From Trichodelitschia bisporula (Eukaryota): a DNA stretch of 64,000 nt. How positions within the stretch are numbered: the stretch's first letter is position 1; the number at the start of each line of letters is the position of its first letter. Positions 63,601-64,000 of the stretch are shown piece by piece. A program made the position numbers and the translations under genes. The DNA lies in NCBI GenBank assembly GCA_010356995.1, contig ML996689.1, positions 1,630,691-1,694,690 on the forward strand, in the 5' to 3' direction. Below the pieces are notes generated by a model. The model was not told where the DNA came from and did not search any database. It worked only from the letters and a program-made list of their open reading frames with translations.

Positions 63601-63907
63601 GGAGCAGGGTCTGGCGCGCGAGATCATCAACCGCGTGCAGCGGCTGCGTAAGAAGGCAGGCTTGGTGCCGACGGATGATGTGGGCATGGAGTACCGTGTG
63701 CTCTCGGATCCGGAGAAGGTGGGGCTAGAAAAGGCGTTTGAGGCACAGACGGGCATGATTGAGAAGGCGCTGCGGCGGCCGCTGGACAAGCATGTTGTGA
63801 CGGAGGTGGAAGGCAAGATTCCCGAGGGGAGCAAAGAGGAGGTCATTTTGCAAGAGGAGCAGGAGGTGCAGAAGGCTACATTCTTGCTTAGGCTTGTGAA
63901 GTTGTAG
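60622..63907 (+). CDS. ILS1: Cytoplasmic isoleucyl-tRNA synthetase (intron 61051-61095)
   Basis: FYDGPPFATGLPHYGH (HIGH-like), WTTTPWTLP, SRNRYWGTP, EGLDQTRGWFY, KMSKR. Confidence 0.97.
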
Positions 63908-64000
63908 AGGCCTGGTGGGTTAAGGAATAAGGCATGGTATGGGGCTATACCGAGAAATGGAAAAGTGAAATGGTTCATGGCTAAATGATTTTGCCTTGAA

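Noticed and set aside
1..64000. tRNA, 5S rRNA or intact transposon
   Set aside because: None was recognised by eye. tRNAscan-SE, Infernal and RepeatMasker would be needed to exclude them.

Overview
Eukaryotic DNA from a filamentous ascomycete (Pezizomycotina-type genes, short GT-AG introns with CTAAC/CTGAC branch points). Most of the window is housekeeping genes: VPS33 exon 1, COQ6, SAS4, an MPD1/PrpA-like PDI, VTA1, RTC4, RCL1, TAF2, a GPI-anchored Cys-rich protein, YPT35, a DHDPS-family aldolase, RAT1, USO1, an LMBR1-like protein, a PhoD-like phosphatase, KEX2 and ILS1. These were assigned by recalling motifs, not by database search. The standout is a 3.4 kb accessory island (about 8040-11410) between the convergent VTA1 and RTC4 genes. 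It holds six head-to-tail, strongly diverged micro-genes with the motif M-C-x8-CGH-x8-C...CxxC: four intact and two with in-frame stops. Three encode a hydrophobic C-terminal tail. Each is preceded by the same module, a (TTGTGATCTCACT)n dyad repeat plus a TATA-like box, and the repeat is expanded to about 15 copies of a ~23-bp unit in front of copy 2. Other points of interest: a secreted Cys-rich protein with ERR-containing repeats (possible Kex2-processed precursor), a candidate stop-removing intron that would add a membrane-anchored tail to the aldolase, and a strand-specific hairpin in the long first intron of RAT1.
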